A stretch of DNA of 64,000 nucleotides from Acanthaster planci (Eukaryota): the NCBI RefSeq assembly GCF_001949145.1, contig NW_019091355.1:866083-930082 (forward strand). Reading direction: 5' to 3'. Shown here in pieces: positions 60,401 through 64,000 of the stretch. Position numbers and translations under genes: made by a program. Every line of letters starts with the position of its first letter. The first letter of the stretch is position 1. A model generated the notes under the pieces. That model was not told where the DNA came from and did not search any database. It saw nothing but the letters and a program-made list of their open reading frames with translations.

Positions 60401-63400
60401 TACATCGGCATTTATTCCCGAGTCCGCATCATTGGCAGCTACTGTGGCAACCACAAAGCCGCCAGCCATATTTTCATCCACTGTCACCGCTCCGTTGGGG
60501 AATGTCACAAAGACAGGTGGGTTGTCGTTCAAATCTTGGATGTGAACCCAAACCTATTGTAGGGGACACCAAAGAGTGACAACAACATAACAAATGTTAC
60601 CTTCACCTCAGTTGATACCACAAATTAGCACCACAAACTATATTCATACAGCATAATCAAAACTTTTTACAAGCAAGTGACATTAAATACAACAGTTTTC
60701 AGTGGAATGAGTACAAATCCATATCATTACGAGAGGTTAGCACATAAGAGTATGGCACAGAAAAAAAATGTGCTTGGGTGTCTAGCAGTCCCAAAATACA
60801 ATTTTCCTTTTTTTACTGCTACGGCATGGTTAAGAACTGTTCTGGGACAATGTAACTACTTACAGCAGCCGAGCCTGATAATCCAGCTTCAGTCATTCCT
60901 AACACGGTGAACGTGTAGAGTGGTGGCCCTGTCTCATAGTCAATCATTCCCTTTGTCGTCAGCCAACCCTGCACCAAAACAAAAAATAAACACAGCTTGG
61001 ATGAAACATCATCGCACAGGTAATCTTGAAAACATGCTATTACTAACTGCTATCAATCTTGGGCTTAAAGCTTAACCTTTAACTCCTTAGGGTGATTTAC
61101 TGGCAACCTAATCCCAAACAAACCACAGCCAGTATACCAGTGCAGCACTCATCCTAACAGATTCCAACAAACCCTGGGGTTGGAGTTCGGCTGGTTTGAG
61201 ATCGATACGGTTAATGAAATTAGCGTGGCACACAACTGAATTAAGCATCATTCACTGAGAGCAGTACACTGCTGGCTGGTCTTTCAAGAGCTGAATGGAA
61301 TGGAATATCAGTCATCAACTGAAATTATTCTCTCCTCTGCACAAATATAAAACATTCATTATTCAGTCTGTACACCTGATTAATCCCCATGTCACCTATT
61401 TTGCGCTTTGAACCACATTTATTCATTCACCCTTGGTATGTTCCATTTCCTTGACAGTGAGGCAGTGCCAGGAGAATTAGGATGAATAATTCATGTCACA
61501 TGATGAACAATCCATTAACCAGATGTCACGTTATTTCTAATAATGGCTGAAAAGTGAACTCATACACAGCTAACATTTTTCAAAGTTGTGAGACATTTCC
61601 TCAATGGAAGAAGGCCAGACTGCGTGCGCAGCTGATACAAACTCACCGTTACAGGGTCGACGTCAAACATTTGGAGAATGGTTGGGTTGACATTGGGTTC
61701 CAGACTGTAGGTCACCATAGCATTGGGCTTACCTGGTACTTGGGCAACAACCTGTAAGACATAACACAAAATGTGTGTACAAAGAATACTCATGACATTC
61801 ATGGTGTATGTCTAAGGCTGCATCCGTATCTGTTGTCTAGAGCTAGGTCTAGGTCTTCACCCCATTGGAAATACACAGAGATGGGCGGACAATAGACTTA
61901 GCCGTTGTTCTGCAAGCCCATTTCAAACACAGCGTAAGGGAGGAACGAAGCCTGTCTACACTTGTTAATTTTTGTTTGCTGTCCATTCATAAAAATTTTT
62001 GGAATAAGGCAATTTGTCTAGAACAGGAAGAACTAGTTCACCTAATTGACAACTTCAACCATTTTGAGCTTCTCAAAAAATTTCCAGTTTACGACTACGT
62101 GAACGATGCTTTTCCAAATGGGTAGAATCTTGGTACATCTCACATCATCCCTGAGGGATCAAGGACACAGTAAGACACTCTAAGAATTACAACTTATTCC
62201 AATCCCTCCTAGATCCTTCAAAATCCGCCAAGTAGTTTTGGAGGATGTTGTAGGTAGAGCTAAGCCACTAGCACTTTCAAAGTGGTTAGATACTCTTAGG
62301 AATTTAAGAATAAAGAATGCGCCATTCGTCTTCTGCAGAGAGGAGGATGTTGACGGTTTGAGGAAGTGTGGAGGGAGAGTGTTTGAGTTGGGTTAAGAAC
62401 TGGAATGCCACACTGACACTTACTTGCAAGAAGGGATACCCTTCCCCAACGTTTTCGGTCAGATTGACCTCATAGCGGGCCATGGTGAACTCGGGTGGGT
62501 CGTCTTGCGCATCCACCAGTAGGACCCGGACTGTGGCCGTGGCCGTGTGGAAGGGTTGGGCTTGGTCTTGTGCTGTCACCGTCAGGTTGTAGGTGGACTG
62601 GATGGAATAATCCGGCAGGGTACTGAGCACCGTGATCCTACCAGAGTAGGAATCGATTACGAAGTAGTTGCCTTCATTGCCTGGAATTGGAAAATGGATG
62701 AGATACCAAAGGTAAGGTGCAAGTCTTCAGTTTCCTTTGGATGTGTCTTGCATTAATGTTGGTACGATGGAAAGTTCTACTATGTTTTATTACATAGTGC
62801 CCTCAAGTGATCAGGAATACGGGAACTAGAATCGAGAACAGCTGTTTAAGAGTGAGTGCTCCTTGCCTGTGTTGTTGAATTGTGCTTACTCTCTCGGGAA
62901 GACAAATGACCAACAGTGCTCCGTAAATAAGCACATTGATGAAATTTCATGTATAGCGCCCTCAAGTGCCCGGGAATGAGCAAACTAGGAGAGAGAAGAA
63001 ATGCTCCTTCAGGGTCAGCACTTACCGCCTGTGATGCTGTATTGGATCTCCCCACCTTGGCCCAGGTCCGGGTCATTGGCTGACACTGTCACCACAACGG
63101 TACCTGCTTCAGCAGTCTCTAGCAGGTCGGGCTTCAGGTAGACATCCTGGGTGAAGCGTGGTGCTTCATCGTTAACGTCAGTGACTGTGATGGTCACAGT
63201 CGCTGTGAAGTCCACCACAACAAAATACATTAACTAGTCCGCTGCAGATTACTTCCCTTAATGCGAAAACTGATTTACACTTTGGGTGGAGAGAGGCACA
63301 TTAAAGTAAAGTGGCTTGCTTAAGGACACAGCATATGACCAGTGGTCGGATTTGAAACCCTGACCATTTAATCAGGATCAAAAATGTTCATAAAATTCAT

Positions 63401-63752
63401 TGGCTTTCAAAAAAAAGAAGGCCACTCTGAACTTGACCACCATCATTGGAATGTTAACCAGTCCTGTTTAATTTGAACAGCACCCTGTGTCCAATGAATT
63501 CCATCTAAATCCATCTCCCTCATGCATCGACCTTTGACAACACGTACCAGTATTTCTAGGGGGCAGGTCTCCATCATTGTACGCCTCCACTGTCAGCAAG
63601 TAGGAGTCTTCGGTTTCCCTGTCCAGTGGGGTAGGGCCGCGGGAGATAACACCGGTGCTAGAATTGATCTGGAAGTTATTGTTACCGTTGCCTTGGATAA
63701 TGCGATAGAGGATGACAGCATTGTCACCAGTGTCTCCATCCGTTGCTCGGAC
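42485..63752 (-). CDS. CDH23: Cadherin-23-like giant cadherin; 3' 42 exons (5' end beyond the window), about 2730 aa visible
   Basis: 42 phase-compatible exons run from 63752-63548 to the terminal exon 43612-42485. About 2150 aa are EC repeats (DxNDNxPxF, LDRE, DxD motifs; roughly 20 repeats). These are followed by a membrane-adjacent non-EC domain (45868-44750), a TM exon (44606-44482) and a ~440-aa cytoplasmic tail with GSNPLW and YESQE, ending ESRL*. No EGF/LamG or catenin-binding domain. The orthology is inferred from architecture. Confidence 0.85.
51304..51492. mobile_element. piggyBac-like MITE in a cadherin intron
   Basis: TTAA-CCCCTT at the left end and AAGGGG-TTAT at the right, with further imperfect internal inverted similarity. 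Confidence 0.55.
59442..60102. repeat. 17-bp minisatellite spanning an assembly gap (N 59476-60064)
   Basis: The unit atatgacatacctcctg is repeated on both sides of the N run. The flanking cadherin exons join in phase (DADSGINAD|VVYVISGG). Confidence 0.9.
62790..63005. repeat. Diverged direct repeat (about 160-bp spacing) in a cadherin intron
   Basis: atagtgccctcaagtgatcaggaatacgggaactag versus atagcgccctcaagtgcccgggaatgagcaaactag. Confidence 0.6.
63270..63370 (+). mobile_element. CORE-SINE-like remnant
   Basis: gggtggagagaggcacattaaagtaaagtggcttgcttaaggacacagc..ggatttgaaaccctgacc resembles the cttgcccaaggacac core of CORE/V-type SINEs. Confidence 0.45.
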
Positions 63753-64000
63753 CTGTTTGGAAAAAGGGTGAAAGACGAAATCAAAACTTGAGACCTGGAA
63801 CAATTGTGATTAATGAGTCACTGACAGCAAAACAAAAAAGACAAAATAGGAATATGTTTTTTTGGGGTGAATACTGTATTATTCATTACATTATTACTAT
63901 TTATTATTATACATTAAAGGGTTCTGTTATCTACAAGAAACAACGATCATGTGCAAATTGCTAGAGCACAGAAGGGATGTACAGAGCAAGCAGCAAATTT

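Overview
Eukaryotic, intron-rich animal genomic DNA. The gene content and repeats suggest a marine invertebrate deuterostome such as an echinoderm, but this is inference. Five spliced protein-coding genes were reconstructed by hand from splice sites and exon phase. (1) A complete 5-exon CYP2-clan cytochrome P450 (minus strand, 494 aa). (2) A RING-BBox-BBox-coiled-coil TRIM gene with a C-terminal beta-propeller, carrying an apparent 1-nt frameshift and a duplicated coiled coil. (3) A 5-exon secreted saposin-like protein (152 aa) that the ORF track does not show, with a CLEAR-type motif upstream. (4) A complete 9-exon HIF1AN/FIH-1 gene (339 aa) with a tandem HRE-like repeat in its promoter and an Asn294->Thr-equivalent substitution. 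(5) The 3' 42 exons of a CDH23-like giant cadherin (minus strand, about 20 EC repeats visible), with two GC-AG introns, a Cys-flanked RGD loop, an LSPITE motif and a PDZ-binding C-terminus. Between the genes are MITEs, SINE and tRNA-like relics, minisatellites (two flanking assembly gaps), perfect palindromes and a decayed transposon-like ORF. No CRISPR array, rRNA or intact tRNA was seen.
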